NCBI GenBank assembly: GCA_002633005.1
Contig: NMRA01000412.1
Span: 284,556-348,555 of the forward strand
Length of the DNA: 64,000 bases
Reading direction: 5' to 3'
Origin: Phoronis australis
Lineage: Eukaryota > Animalia > Phoronida
This document shows, in pieces, positions 13,701 through 28,700 of the stretch. The position numbers were made by a program, and so were the translations under genes. A model generated the notes under the pieces. The model saw only the letters and a program-made list of their open reading frames with translations. It was not told where the DNA came from and ran no database searches. Every line of letters starts with the position of its first letter. Positions within the stretch are counted from its first letter, which is position 1.

Positions 13701-16700
13701 CCGAAGAGCTGTTTAATTTTTGTCCGAGATAATTTCGTGTAACTGTTCAACTATTCGCATTTCAGTCATTCTTCACTGTTGTTCATGTACGTTCTTGCCT
13801 TTCGTGTCTCTCTACGAAGTCATTATTCCTTATAACACGGTGTCTGTAAATGTACATGTATGTGGCTGAAGCTGTCGTGTTTGCTGATAGGTTGTTGTTT
13901 TCGTCATCGCCTCTGCTAATCCGGTCGTTGTTCTCGTTATCCAACTACTCAAGTATTTATCTGACTTTCCACAACAGCATCAAAAGGTCATTCCTGGGAT
14001 CACCGACCGAGCACTTGAAAAACATTGTGTGTTCATACGCTGTACATCCTGGCGACATACATGTATTTTCAAAATGATTATTTCAATATTTTTGGACCTC
14101 AGTTTTTTAAGTTGGAGTATCATGAATATTTTGGCCCATAATAGCCCATGTTTGCTTAAAAAGGTGCAGTTGCTTAAGCGCTGCTTAAAAGAACGGGAAA
14201 GAAAAATCTTCATGATGTTGATGTAGACATTATACCTCTCTATCAGAAATTTCGCAAGGATTTCCATAACTGGTACACCAAAATTCAGTGATTTTGCCCA
14301 AATTTTGTGTGTTGATTTTTAACCATTTTGGAAGTGCTCTGGGAGCCATTTTGGGGGCGTGGGTGTTTTCCAATAATATTTTTATCAATTTGCTGTCTGA
14401 GAATGAAAACAAAAGGTAAAAAATGGGCTCTTTGTATGTTTAAGCAACTTGCCGACAGAAGAGACAAACCATCGCGTATTTTATAGTGCCCGACTCCGGC
14501 AAATGCACTTCTGCGTGATTACACTCTGATGCATACTCTTCTGTATATTGTACAGAGTTGTCCTTAAATTTTACTGCTGGAATATTTGTAAAAATAATGC
14601 TTAAGCACTTTTGAACTCGTAATCTATGCTGTTGACAACTAGGATGGCCCACTCGATCACAAACGTGATTCAAAGTTTGGCACATGAATAGTGAAAACGT
14701 TTGAACGCACAATGCGATTTTGAATATTTTTTACTTTTGTATTTCGACATCGATGCCTTTCATATGATGTAAGCTTTTGTCTTTAAGGTGAAAAAACAAT
14801 CTTCGGTTCTATTGCGTCATATAGTCTCCTACCCTTAATTCAAAAGAATTGTTTATAAATGAAAGCTAAATTATCTTGAAATAGTGCACTAATCGGAATA
14901 TTTCATTAAAAATCACATGAATTATTTGTGTCATTCTAAAACCATTCTCTAAGGGCGTCAACCGTTTTGGATATTAGCAACAAACAAAAGTATCATCACC
15001 TGTGCCTGCTCAACCTCTGACCCACGGTCAGTTTTGAACGCTTATTTTGTGAAATGATGTATGGATATGTCAGACAGCATCATGGTCTCTAACATGTTGA
15101 TTCTCATTAATGTTTTTGAAACCATTTTAATTGTAAATTTCAGAACAACAAATGAAAAAGCACATTCGAGAGTTTTTAAAAAATTATTTTCATATCCAAG
15201 ATATATCAACAAACATATCTTTTAATGTTCACAACCCCGCAAACTGGCTTGTAGAAGCACTTAAGCGTCGACCACTTTCAACACTACAAAATGTGCCTTC
15301 GGATTTATCGCCTCTGTCACGTGATAAGCACATGTGAAATTTAATTGATAGATCTCACGTCCCTTTTCCTAATCCCATTATGAATTTTCTGTCTTCACCT
15401 GCTTTTATATTGAACAACTGCCGTTTTTGTTATGCAAAAACATGTCAATTTTCTCGTGAGCGTTTGAAGGCCTATACTGTAGGTAAAAATTAATAAGAAG
15501 TCAATCAATGCAAGATCGGTGGAACGGCTCTTAAAAGTCTTTTGTCGTTCTTTGTCATATATTTTCTTTGCCATTAGATAACTACTTTGCCTCAAAGCAT
15601 ATTCCTGTGGGACATTGTGAACCGTGACTTGTCAACTTTCAGGGATCCAAGATTGAGCACGCGAAACAAACTGCCATAGAAGCGATTGAGATGTATGAAA
15701 GCGATACCAATATTGGTGTAGTCAAATTCACAAGCACAGCATCAGTTGTACATTACCTTGTTAAAATGACGAAAGAGAACAGGACAGTGCTTACAGATGC
15801 AGTGAACAGCCTTCGTGCTGACGGCAGAACTTCAATAGGGTCCGGGATACGAAAGGGAATTAATGTAAGTTTGATACATGTTTAAGTGCAGTTGACAGGG
15901 TGGATTGCAATACGTTTTATCCAGAATAAACGCAGGCTTGGTCCCCATATTTCTTCTAAAAACAAGGGTTTAGTTTTCGGAAATTTTAGAATTTCGCAAT
16001 ACATTACCACCTATCATAATCTGCGAACATTAAACCTAAGATAAATTGTATCTATAGATTAGCACCGTGTTGCACATCCCCGGGTCTGCTTTAGAGTATC
16101 AAAAGATATAAGATGAAGGCGCAATTCATTTCTGATCAGCACCGATAATTTCAACAATGGCGTCGTTCAAATGAAATGCATAGACTAACCCTTTTCTGAA
16201 GGTCAAATGCTTGCCTTTATTTCTTATTTGTGTCGTCAAAGTACACAAAGCATTAGCATGAACTTACTTGCTACTCACCGACTAAACATATTCTAATACT
16301 TCTTTTACATTACTGTCCAGACTCGTCTAACATTTGCCTACAAACTAAAACTCAAGTCATAAAAGCCAGACGTTCTGCAACTAAACTGTTTCAAGATGAT
16401 TTGCGAAAGTCGTCATTGTTTCTTAGTACAATGTCAGGTTGTGATACAACGACGTCTTAAACGGCACAGGCAAAGACAAGGTGCCCATTCTAAGAAAACT
16501 GACTTAGCTTAGACAAATCTTGATTTTCGGCCAATTTTATGAGAAATAGTAGATTTGTCTTAAGGCCGTTTCAAAAAACTTAAATCTTATCTTTAACTTA
16601 AGTTTTTTACTTAATTTTTTACTTAAGTTTTGTCCTAATTTAGTAAAAGTTTCAACGTTTGGAAGTTGAGACAAATCCTAGACTTATCTTAAAAATGAAC

Positions 16701-19700
16701 ATAAGCCAGTTTCTTGGAGCTGGTCTAAGGTCTTCGAAACTTTAAATTACTAGACCTACACTATAACGTGCAGGAATTCCAACGTCGGGTGAAATTCATG
16801 TAATTCGGTAAACCATCGTCATTGGGTGAATGTCTTCAATTGGAGAGGAATGTGCGATGTGACTCTATGATGTTAAGAATAGAAACCTTTGATAAAACTC
16901 CAATTTCTAACTGTTATTTGGCTCTATACAATTCGAACGGATGCCATTAACACCAAGGGCTATGTTCTTCCACACACTATGAATCCACGGTCGACTTAAC
17001 ATACAGTATTCAGTAAACCAAGAATAAAGTTCAAGCCTTCTGAGTATGTCGTCAAGCAGGTGTGTGCCCTCTGACCTCCGCAATTACAGATAGATATCTG
17101 GTCCGACTGATTTTCTTGAAGATGTAAGATACTCATTCCTAAGTCCTGGAGGTACCTGGCCAGTGGTTAATTAATATGTACCATATTATATCTGGTACGC
17201 TGGACGTCCTATGGAAGAACTGAAATGGGCTCCGAATGGTTATGTTTAGTACAGTATATGTGCTCCCCCATAAAGACCTCTCTTTGCCTTTTTCACAATG
17301 TGGTTCTTCTAAAAGGTGGCCATTTTAGGTTGCCAGATGACGTTGAATTTCCTTATAGGTCCCCAAACAGCTGAAAAGTGAAATTTTGGTTGTGTTTCTA
17401 GCCTGTTACCGTCTCTGAAAAATAAATGTCATCATAGATTATATGAAATGGTTTTAAGGTAGAAAAGTTCATAAATCAATTACTGGACTTACGTTTACAT
17501 AGAGATGGCTACGTTACGTCCTCCTCTCGAGGATTTCCTCAGGCCACTGAGGTGTCACGTGACTCGTCATGTGATCTGCAGCACAGTTTGCGCTGGATCC
17601 ACTAAGCGCCCTATCCCACGTCCTTGGCAAGAGAAACCTCAGGCCCCTTGTCTATTTAGGCTAGGATTCTCAATTGTCTCATAAATACCTAGAATCATGG
17701 CCTAAACAGACAGGGGGCCTGCGGTTTCTCTTGCTAAGGCGGTGGGATGGGGCGCTGAAGAGGATCCCGCACAAACTGTGCTGCAGATCAAATGACGAGT
17801 CACGTGACACCTCAGTGGCCTGATGAAGTCCTCGAGAGGAGGACGTAACGTAGCCATCTCTATGTAACCGTAAGTCCAGTAATTGATTTATTAATTGTTC
17901 TACATTATTACTCAGACAACTGGATGACTGAAAACATTCATCGCATTAAAATGGTTTTAAGTGCAGAATCTATTGCTTCTTAATATGTCCAGTTTTACAA
18001 TACCTTTGAAATTTTTAATTTTAAAAATTATACTATGGAGCGTAAATCAAGGTTTAAATTTGAGAAATGCTCCTGGAATTTGACCATGAAACCACCTTTT
18101 CACTTTTAAGCTGGGGTATCTTTAGTAATTAAAATTTGATTAAAAAAATAAAACGTAAATGCTGAGACACCACCAAGACAAGCACTGTCTGAAGCAGCGC
18201 ATTTCCCTCTCTTCATCATCCTCTATATGAGGACAACCTGTTCATACCCTGGACAAGAAAGACATGATTGGCTACTGTTTGCATTAAAGTCTTTTAAAGG
18301 AAAGATGCAAGGTCTGCGTTCACGTTAGCGACAACGGAAGTAGGTCATTGTTTACGTTAAACGTAAAAATGGTCATGGTTTTCGCAGTGAGAAAACATTT
18401 TTGACCACCTCTAAAACCGTTTACAAAATTTAGGTGAAGTTCACCAAAGGTTTCATTTGCTATCAAGATTTGCTTGTTATGATAGGGTTTGGCTTTTGTC
18501 AAGTTTTACATGCCAAATATTGGTCATTTTTCATATGTTTTGACATATTAAAATACTCTTACCGTCGACTGATCCCCAGTTTTACCAAACTGAAAGTATA
18601 CGATGGCTAAGTTTGTTTATATCAGAAAGAAAACAATGGCAATTTCCGAATGTACTCCCCGGCAATACTTAAAGAGTCCCACCATGACCCTGTGTCTAAA
18701 AAAGAAATTTTATTAATATATCTTATGCAAATTAAAATGCTTAAACCCACGACACTTTTCGTTATTAACGGTCTTCATGCCTTTGCATTCGTGTGTTTAA
18801 TCAATTTTGCTTATCAGAAAACTTGCTCCCGAGGTACAGCTAATACATCTTAAGAGACGTACTAGCCTTTAGTACACCTGTTGCTAAGACACAAGCTAAA
18901 AGTTAAAAGAAAATATTTTTCTGATATCGGGTTTGTAAGTAATGGGTGGAAGACCGTCTCAGCCGTTGTTGTTTTTACCAGTGCGATACTGGGAACTGGG
19001 GAGTTGTGAAGAAAGTTCGCGGAAAGCCTACTTTTCAGACATTAAAAGGTGCGTTTGTGGAGGCTTGACTGAGAATGTCTCTGTTCTCCCTCGAAATCGC
19101 CCTCGTCTTCTGACCGGTTGTGTTCAGACATCACAATTGATTGTAAAGTGGCTAACCATCTTCCACCCCTTGCATCATTTGGCAAGAAACTTAGAAATGT
19201 CTATTTTTTTCTTTAAAATAAAAATCCCGACTATTTGGCATGAAAAATGCTTCTTTAGTAAAATTTCCTGGCATTCGTTTCATATTAGCTATCTGTAACC
19301 ACACCAACTAAGAAAATGTATGGTGGGAACTCTTTAAAAGAAATACCGTACATGTACGCTCTTTCTCTGCCACTTTTAACAGGTGTTGCGAAATGCAGGT
19401 AGCCCACGTGGTGGAAGATTGATTCTCTTATCTGACGGTTTGGACAATTCCGATTACCTGGGATCATACTTGCCTGTACTGAAAAAAGAGGGCATTATTG
19501 TTGACACGATACTTGTCACCGATGCTGCTGATCCACGACTAAGAATTCTAGCTTCAGAAACGGGAGGGACACCGTTCTTTTCAAGTGACTCAGCGACAAG
19601 TACAAGCTTGGCGGACGCATTCACACAGACGGTTGCAGAAGAATCCCACAAATCAACATTTGTAAAGGTACAAAACAATCTTGTTATATGCTTTAAATCT

Positions 19701-22700
19701 AATGCCGTGAGCTGCGTTGGTTAAGACGTCGTCTAATTGGAAAACGTTGTACGTCACCCCCAGCATAGAGAAAGATAACGAATTAGCTTACTCATTTGTA
19801 ATGGAAATAGTGCAATTTTTGTTGTGAGAGAGAGAGTGAGAGAGACAGAGAGAGCGAGAGAGAGAGAGAGAGAGAGAGAGAGGGGGANNNNNNNNAATGT
19901 AATAATTACAACACTATCTGTGATTCAGAGGAATGGCGACCAACGCTTGGTGCAACAACATGTAGAATAGTACTGAAACAATGTAGCGATGATTACTACT
20001 TTGATTTGAGGCTAAATGGGGGCAACAGGATTACACACTGAAGCTTACGGTGACCACACTTGTACTAAAACTGTAAATGTAGTAGTTACTACTTTAATTT
20101 ACGGTTTAGAAGACCGGCAACAAGAGAATTTGCTAACTACACGTACGCTTGGTGCATATGCAGTATTAACGTAAAACGGCAAGTGTAAGAATTAGCAAAG
20201 TACAGCAAAAGAAACGAGATGTTACAGTTACATGTAAGGTGTGCTGCATGTGAGGTTGCTGTTGGAGGCAATCTCAACCAAAAATCTAACAATTGCCACA
20301 TTAAAACGACCTTCGTTACTTTTGCAGTCACTAAACACTAATCATAATTTCGCTATTCATAGCCTTAAGGTAATCGTTTCGTAATATTCATCTTGAGAGT
20401 AGGTTTACACTATAGAGATACATACCATAGTTGGAGGATACATTGTACACTAGACATCATCAGTGTCATCCAGAAATCTTTGCACCTTGATCAGTTTGAG
20501 GTCGCAATCGAGGAAGTTGATAGTTTCTTGAATTTACAGTTGTTTTCACAGTAACATTTTAGAACACTTGTGCTGTTGCATATCTTTTTCGTTTAATACA
20601 ATGCTAATTTTTCTACGCGGAGTTGATGCGGAAGACAAATGGTAGTAGATGTGTGAATTGGAAACCATTCACATTGCACCTGTGTCTGCTTTCAGTTGTT
20701 TGGTGAGACGCTAACAATTCAACCGAGTGACAATTACACACAAGAAATTTTCATCGACGACAGCCTGGGGAAAGATACAGCATTTGTCCTGTCCTGGTTG
20801 AAAGTTCAGCCTCGGATTCAGATTGACATCTCGCGACCATCGAACACTAATCTCACAATACCCACAATGCAATCGTCGTCCAACATTTTGCGGATACCAG
20901 TACCAGGTATAGCCGAAACAGGCACGTGGACCCTAGTAATACGTAACGATGGACTCCAGCCTTGCAAACTTCAGATCTCCATTACGTCAAGGTCAAAGTC
21001 AGTTGACGCTGAACCTATAACACTGACTTGCGAACTCGGACAACCCACCCTGGACTTTTCTGGTATGTGATTAGCTGGCGTGTACTAGACAAATTATATT
21101 TTGACAAAGAGTAGAACGGAATTGAAATACAATATCTGAGTCGCACGAAGCCTTCCCGTATGTTCTGCAAAACGAGACTATGAATTTTTCAAATAAGTGT
21201 AAATGCTATGTTCAAGTAACCTACTAAACTATATATTTATCTTATGAGAAATCAGTGATGTTTGAGTGTCAGTAACTTCCTTGCTGGTGTGTGTCAAATG
21301 TCTTAACGAACATATCTTTTGAACAAAACTAGAAATTTAAGTCCGAGAATTTGTCAAGTAACCGTTACGCGAACTTCATTGTTTAAACATCAGTAAAACA
21401 TGTTTACTGTCAGCAAATGCTATAAAATCGCTCCTCGTCAAAGCAACTGCTATTTTATTACACTTACGGTCATTTTCCGCTGTAAAACTGGTCTAAATGT
21501 GCTCTTTTCTCACATAAAAAGTAATTGCTGGGATTAGAATTACTGATTTCGTGCTTGATACGAAGATCGACGCATGAAATGATATTGAAGTCGTGATAAT
21601 GCAACAGATGGAGCTTAGTCTAATGCAGCAAGAAGGAGCCGTCAGCTCTTTACATGCCCTGAAGTCATATCCAATCCTTGAAAGGAAATCACAAATTAGT
21701 CCGGTGACAGTAGACCGGATAATAAAGGCTTAATCTACAGCTTATTAGGTTAAGACTGACAGACCATGAAAAGTAACTTGTCCATCCTATAAAGATATAC
21801 ATATATTTGTTTTGTATTGTTTAAGCTAGTCACAGACAACTTTACACAAACAATAATGTGTTCACGTACAAATTGACTGAGAAGAAGTACGCCTATTTCC
21901 AGCAGGTAAAGAAATGGATCACTTGAAGTGGATACACGTCACATTCACTTTTGACACCGTATACTACTGAGCAAAGAAAAATAGGAATTGGAGAGAATTA
22001 CCCTTGACGCGTTCCATTACAAACACGTCCCGCTTCACGTTACATGTACTTGTACCTTCCATTTTGTCAATAGATACGTGTATGTTCGCGAACTGCCAGA
22101 TTCAGGTCTGTGGCATTGCCATTACTGTGTTTCTAAGTTAATTTTCTAATTAATTGTCTCAACAATAATTACTTCAATAGTAAAAATACTGTTTATCGTA
22201 ATCTATTTTGCCCGGTGTACGCCACGAGCTATGTTGCAGAGTAAAACAAGATGAAGATTGCGAATGATTTCATTTATTATGACGTTAATAGAAAGAACTA
22301 AATAAGACTCTGCAAGATGGGCATGGAAAAACACCATACTGGCAGTACTGGAATACTGATATGACCCATCCGATGTAGCTTATCCGGGCAATAACAATGA
22401 TAGACTGTGAAGAAGTTTACACGATTAATAAGCGTAAAACTAAAACTATGATAAAAAACTAGAATCTAAAATTCAACAATGGAGTTAAAATACCTAGGAC
22501 AAATGACTTTGCAAAGCCTGGAACTACATGTACAGACATTTGTGTCGCACTCTGCAACAACAAACCTGCGCGGAGGAGGAGGTAGGCTAGGTTGCAACAT
22601 CAGACCTGACTTGGGAGGGGTGAGAAAGCCGACACGGTTTGAAAACAAAGACCCAGTGTAATGGAAAAGGGATGAAAAGAAAAGTGACGGAAATGGGGAG

Positions 22701-25700
22701 CTGAGACAACAGACTCTCCAGGAGTTGAGCGAAGGTTGGTTAAGAGGAAAAAGCGCACACGCGCAAGTAGGTTTGTATTGCATCAGATTTCCAGCGTCCA
22801 ATGCGCTGGATCATTGGTTCAGGGATGCTACGGCTGGCTGCTGAGGGACTTGTAAGACATGGTGTTGAGGCCTGCAAAGGAAATTATTTTAGTTGACATG
22901 GAGTTGATGCACGAACGGGTAAGCGGTCATCCCCTGACGTGTTGGAACAGAGGGCAAGGAGTGGGCTGAAAGGTAGAAAAGTACAAGGATGAGGCAGCTA
23001 CAGGGCAATGTGGATATTGGATGGCAGGAATTGTAAGTGAGACTGGTCACGAGCTGTGCTTGAAAGTACGCATAATGATGACCACTGAGTCTCTAGGGGG
23101 CGGGAAGACGACGTCGCTGACCTGTATGACGTGGGAGGAGAGTGAGAAGGAGGTGGCTGAACTCGCCGACTCGGAGGAAGGCGTGAAAGGCTAGGAGGAA
23201 CATAGCACGTGCGAGAAACGAGACGGTAAAAGAACCGAGTGCAGAAGGGCAGGCGTCAGAAGAGCGGTGCAACAAAAGTGATGGGCATGCTTTTTTCAGA
23301 AGAAAAGTGAAGATTTGAAGTGCCTTTGAGGAGTTTTTTTGATGAAATAGGAGAAGGCGGGGTCAGGGAGGTTGCTCAGTTTTTGGACAAAACTAATGAC
23401 AGGAACATATTACAGGATAGACAACCGACTAAGGCCAGATTCGAAAAGATGGGAGATGCTAGGAATGATCTTTTAAAGGGCACGGTAAGAGGAAGTGGTT
23501 AGGGGACAGGTGGAACTGTTCAAGGTTATGGAATATGCGGGTGTAGGATAGTAGCGTGGAATGGGCTAGGGAATCCGTGAGCAGTCTGGTTAAACCTCCA
23601 AGAGATGTGGCAGGATCGGTGTCGTATAAGGGCAGAGCCAAGTACCCTAAGAAAAGGCGACCTGAAATTTGAAACGAAAAAGTGAATCAGCAACAACCTT
23701 AGTGAAGCCATGGATATGTTTTGCACGAAATTGAACGTAAAAGGTAAAAGCAGACGATGAAATAAGGACGTAGTGCGGGTTGTCGGTAAGAGGTTTTGTT
23801 GATAATGTCAACGACGGCACTGTTGTCGCACAGGAAAAGAATCCTGTGGTTGGCGAACTTCGAGCCCACAGCTCTAGCACTGTGACGATATGAAGGAGTT
23901 CCTTGAGTGTGGTGTGATGACGTTAAAGGTGCTCAGACCACAGGCAGGCAAACCAGGAAGCCCCCAGCGTCTCGTCAAAAGCCATTGTTGGTGCCTGCAG
24001 CGTCGGAGTACAATTTTATGGTGTCTGAAGATGTAGGAGGAGTGTTTTCCACATTGAAGTCTGAAAAAATTGACCAAGCCCTGAGGTCCACTCTGGTTTC
24101 TTTACTGAGAGTAACGAAATGGTCTTGTCTCGAAGTACCAATGGTGAGGTTGATTAGGCGGCGCAGGAAGGCGCGGCTGGGCACGGTGGCGAAGCAGGCG
24201 ATGTTTAGTAGACCGATTAGGGATTGAAGATCGCGAAGAGTTACCTTCCGTCCTTTCTGGAAGTCGAGTAGGAGGTCGAAAGCTGTGTCCACCTTGTCCG
24301 GTAGTAGAGTCGAGATGGGTGATTGAGGTGGTCGGATGAATCATCTTGTCGTGACTGAAAGGGATGCCCACTGTGTCGCACAGTGACATGAATGCGGCAA
24401 AGTCCTTACCGCATTTCGGAGAGGATGGGGACCCACGAAAAAGAAATTGTCGAGGTATTGAGATACGCCGTCGACATTAAGCTTGTTTCCAGTTCCATTG
24501 AATCGCAGAACTGACCTTTTCGAACATGTTGCAGCTGGAGGCACAGCCAACTGGTAGGCACCTGTCGTAGTAAAAGATGTTTGACCAGGATATGCCTAAA
24601 AGGTGGTAGTTGTCAGGGTGAAAAGTGTCCTTGGTGTCAGTCTTAGCCATAAGGGAGTTGCGTCCAGACCGTTGAAACCGGCGGGCAGCGTCAGTGATGG
24701 ATTGGTACTGTACTCGGAAGAAGTGAGGGGGGATGAGGGAGTTAACTGAGTTAGAGTGATGAAATGGATATGAAAAGTTATGAATGAGACGGTTGAGACT
24801 CATGGATTAGGGCAAGGGGTGCCGAAGAAAAAACAGGAAATGGGGGGGACGGAAAGGGACCAGCATAGCGACCCAGAAGACCTTCGGTCTGTATTTTCTG
24901 TAAAGTAACACTCGGGTTTCGAGTGGCGGACGTGTGGTTGGTGGGGGGATTGGGGTGCGCGGAACTTGAAACCAAAAGGGAAACCATCTATAGGTTCTGT
25001 AGTCAAGAGAGTGTCGTGTCCTGAAGGGAGAGGTTTTTGAGTTTACATCCCAGCGTTCTATAATTATGCATTCATAGACTATAGTACATGTACCGCCAAT
25101 TCCGTATATTCTCAATCTGTGTTTGTACGTACAAGGTTTGACACAAACTAGAAGCTGCGAAGTCACTACTGGCGAATGGTGTCAATCACGGTTAACCTCC
25201 GGCAAGTAGGCTAGGTCGCTTGCCCACTGACGGCAAACTGGGGTCTCTTCTTTTACTTCCATGTGATAATATGTTCGCTGTGATCTTTGGTGCAATAAAT
25301 GCATGCGTACGCCCCAAGCTTTCCGTGCGTAACTGATGATTTCAAAAACAATTAAAAATTGACAAAATTCGTACATGGAGCAGTTGAGTACGAAATTTCT
25401 AGATATTTCATAAACAGCTTAAGGAGTAAGGTCCTGTGGTGAGAGAAAACAAATACAGGAAAATAGACACTAGTCAGAAAACAAAATTGAACTCGTATTC
25501 ACGAATGAATTATGACCAATTTCTCGAAAATTGAACAGAGCGAAAATAGATGGTACATGTGCACTTACCGTTAGGAGTAGCTTACTTTCAAACAAGTTGA
25601 ATTACACATTGTTTCAATTGCCTTTCAGACCCAAATTCATCCCCAGCCTTGATCATATACGCGACTCTGACGAAGGGTGATCTGCCAGTTNGGAGGAGTG

Positions 25701-28700
25701 TTTTCCACAATGAAGTCTCATAAAATTGACCAAGCCCTGAGGTCCACTCTGGTTTCTTTACTGGGAGCGACGAAATTTTCATGTCTCGAAATACCAATGG
25801 TGAGGTTGATTAGGCGGCGCAGGAAGGCGCGGTTGGGCACGATGGCGAAGCAGGCGAAGTTTAGTAGACCGATTAGGGATTGAAGATCGCGACGAGTAAC
25901 CTTCCGTCCTTTCTGGAAGTCGAGTAGGAGGTTGAAAGCTGTGTCCAGATGGGTGATTGAGGTGGTCGGATGAATCATCTTGTCGTGACTGAAAGGGATG
26001 CCCACTGTGTCGCAAAGTGACATGAATGCGGCAAGGTCCTTACCGCATTTCGGAGAGGATGGGGACCCACGAAAAAGAAATTTTCGAGGTATTGAGATAC
26101 GCCGTCGACATTAAGCTTGTTTCCAGGTCCATTGAATCGCAGAACTGACCTTCTCGAAGATGTTGCAGCTGGAGGCACAGCCAACTGGTAGGCACCTGTC
26201 GTAGTGAAAGATGTTTGCCCAGGATATGCCTAAAAGGTGGTAGTTGTCAGGGTGAAAAGCGTCCTTGGTGTCAGTCTTAGCCATAAGGGAGTTGCGTCCA
26301 GACCGTTGAAACCGGCGGACAGCGTCAGTGATGGATTGGAACTGTACTCGGGAGAAGTGAGGAGAAATGAAGGAGTTAACTGAGTTAGAGTGATGAAATG
26401 GATATGGAAAGTTATGAATGAGAAGGTTGAGACTCATGGATTAGGGCAAGGGATGCCGAAGACAAAACGGGGAATGGAGGGGACGGAAAGGGACCAGCAT
26501 AGCAACCCAGAAGACCTTCGGTCTGTATTTTCTGAAAAGTAACACTAGGGTTTCGGAGGGCGGACGGGTGGTTGGTGGGGGATTGGGGTGGCGCGGAACT
26601 TGACACCAAAAGGGAAACCATTTATAGACAATTAAAAATTGACAAAATTCGTACATGGAGTAGTTGAGTACGACATTTCTGGATATTTCATAAACAGCTT
26701 TAGGAGTAATGTCCTGTGGTGAGAGAAAACAAATTAAGGAAAAGAGACACTAGTCAGAAAACAAAATTGAACTCGTGTTCACGAATGAATTATGGCCAAC
26801 TTCTCGAAAATTGAACAGAGCGAAAAAAAGATGGTACATGTACACTTACCGTTAGGAATAGCTTACTTTCAAAGCTATAAACAAGTTGAATTACACATTG
26901 TTTCAATTGCTTTTCAGACCCAAATTCATCCCCAGCCTTGATCATATACGCGACTCTGACGAAGGGTGATCTGCCAGTTGTAGATGCTAAAGTATCGGCA
27001 TTGGTTGAAAATAGCGCTGGAGCAAGTAGTGCGGTGATGTTGTTGGATAACGGAGCTGGTAAGGACCAATCCGGGCACGGTGGCCATAGCCTTTGAAATA
27101 ACCGGAACCGGAACAGGTCGTCATTTACCATATTGAAAAGTATAGCTTATAAGTATTTGAAAACACTGTGTTAAAACATTGTTACGTTTTAGACACAGCA
27201 AAACTAATACATGTGCAAAAGTTGACTTAGGAAAGGAGTGCGCACAACAATGTTCTTCCCATTGGAACCATTTTGAGAAAAAAATCACTTCTATTTAATC
27301 AGTTTAAAAAACTGTTCAAGACCGCCAATTTGTTAATATCTTATGTACAGATAGACTGCAGCCGCAGTTACAATGTAAGTAGCTTCCTTGAAAAATTGTT
27401 GGAGTTGTATTGGGTAGTAGGTTTATTTAGACGGTTTTTGTGTTTTGTGCATATGCTGCGAATGAGCAAAACACAATTATTTGAGTGTAGATTCAATTTT
27501 CCTTAAACGGCTAGCCCCCACCTGAATTTCACCAGTGCAAGGAACCGGATGAAATATCTGCTACGGTTTCATGAGGCTGTCTAACAGTCGGCCATTAGAC
27601 ATTTGACAACAGTTTACTGGCACATTAATAGAAGCAGCGACTGGAGTAGTTCCTGTATCAGTCACACGATTTGAAACACTTGCCAATGGACGATTACTGA
27701 AAACCACTGACGAGAATCTATCTGACTAATTTCAAGCAGTCGATGGGTAAATCAGTCCCTTGTTAATTTGCAGGGGCAGATACCACTAAAGGAGATGGTA
27801 TTTACTCGGGATATTTTATAAATATCACGGGTGATGGCGGATACTCAGTAAAGGTTAAAGTCAAGGACAGCTCTGGGAAAGTCAAATCGTCGAACGCTGG
27901 CCAGAACTTACCTGATGTCTGTTTTCTAACGGGAAAATGTGGTAAGAGGTGGAGTATGATCAAACGAATCACGTTTATTTCTATTAACTTACGTTCTTTT
28001 GGGTTACTATTCTTACCTTTAGTCGTAAGTTTTACAGAAATGGTCGTTTCATTCAAATACCGTATGCCATAAAACTATCGTTTCATTGTCATTTGAATGT
28101 ACTTTGTCGTACATTTAAACTTCTTTCAACACGTTGTTTGAATGCATTAAGATTTTTAAGAGTTAATTGAACCTTAGCTCGCTGTAAAGATACGGCCCAC
28201 GCACTCACGCACACGGACGTTTTAATCCTGTTCACTGTTACACCAACAGGACCCTGTAATGATAAAACATGGTTTACGCACCTAAACAAATGCACGGCTC
28301 TTGGACAGCAAGCGCGGCTCCGGTACTTGTTGTACACGCGGCTTACAGTCTATTCGCGAGTCCTTTATTTACAGCTGATCCAAAGTAATATCCGTCATTG
28401 AGCCTTGCTTTCTGGGATCTTAGATCATGTTACGTGATTACGGAGCCGTGTTTGTACGTCAGTGAAATGAGTCAAATTGGTGTCGAACCTTGTTCGAGAG
28501 CGCTTGAACCGCGTTGTTCGATAAGCCAGGACTTGGTCACAACAGTTATTTAAGTTGACCACGTATCCGTTGCATTCAAAATAGGCACGTGTGTCGTAGA
28601 CAACATGAACAAATAGAACGATAGTTTTATTTGCAACTCATTTTTCGTGGATACTCAATAAGGAGTTCCAGCTGTAATATCGTAAAAAGTACAGATGTAA

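Noticed and set aside
27917-27922. Alternative donor after ...LPD (gtctgt in A, gtatgt in B)
   Set aside because: It gives phase 0 while the next exon needs phase 1, and the downstream codons VCFLTG(K/R)C are conserved with synonymous changes.
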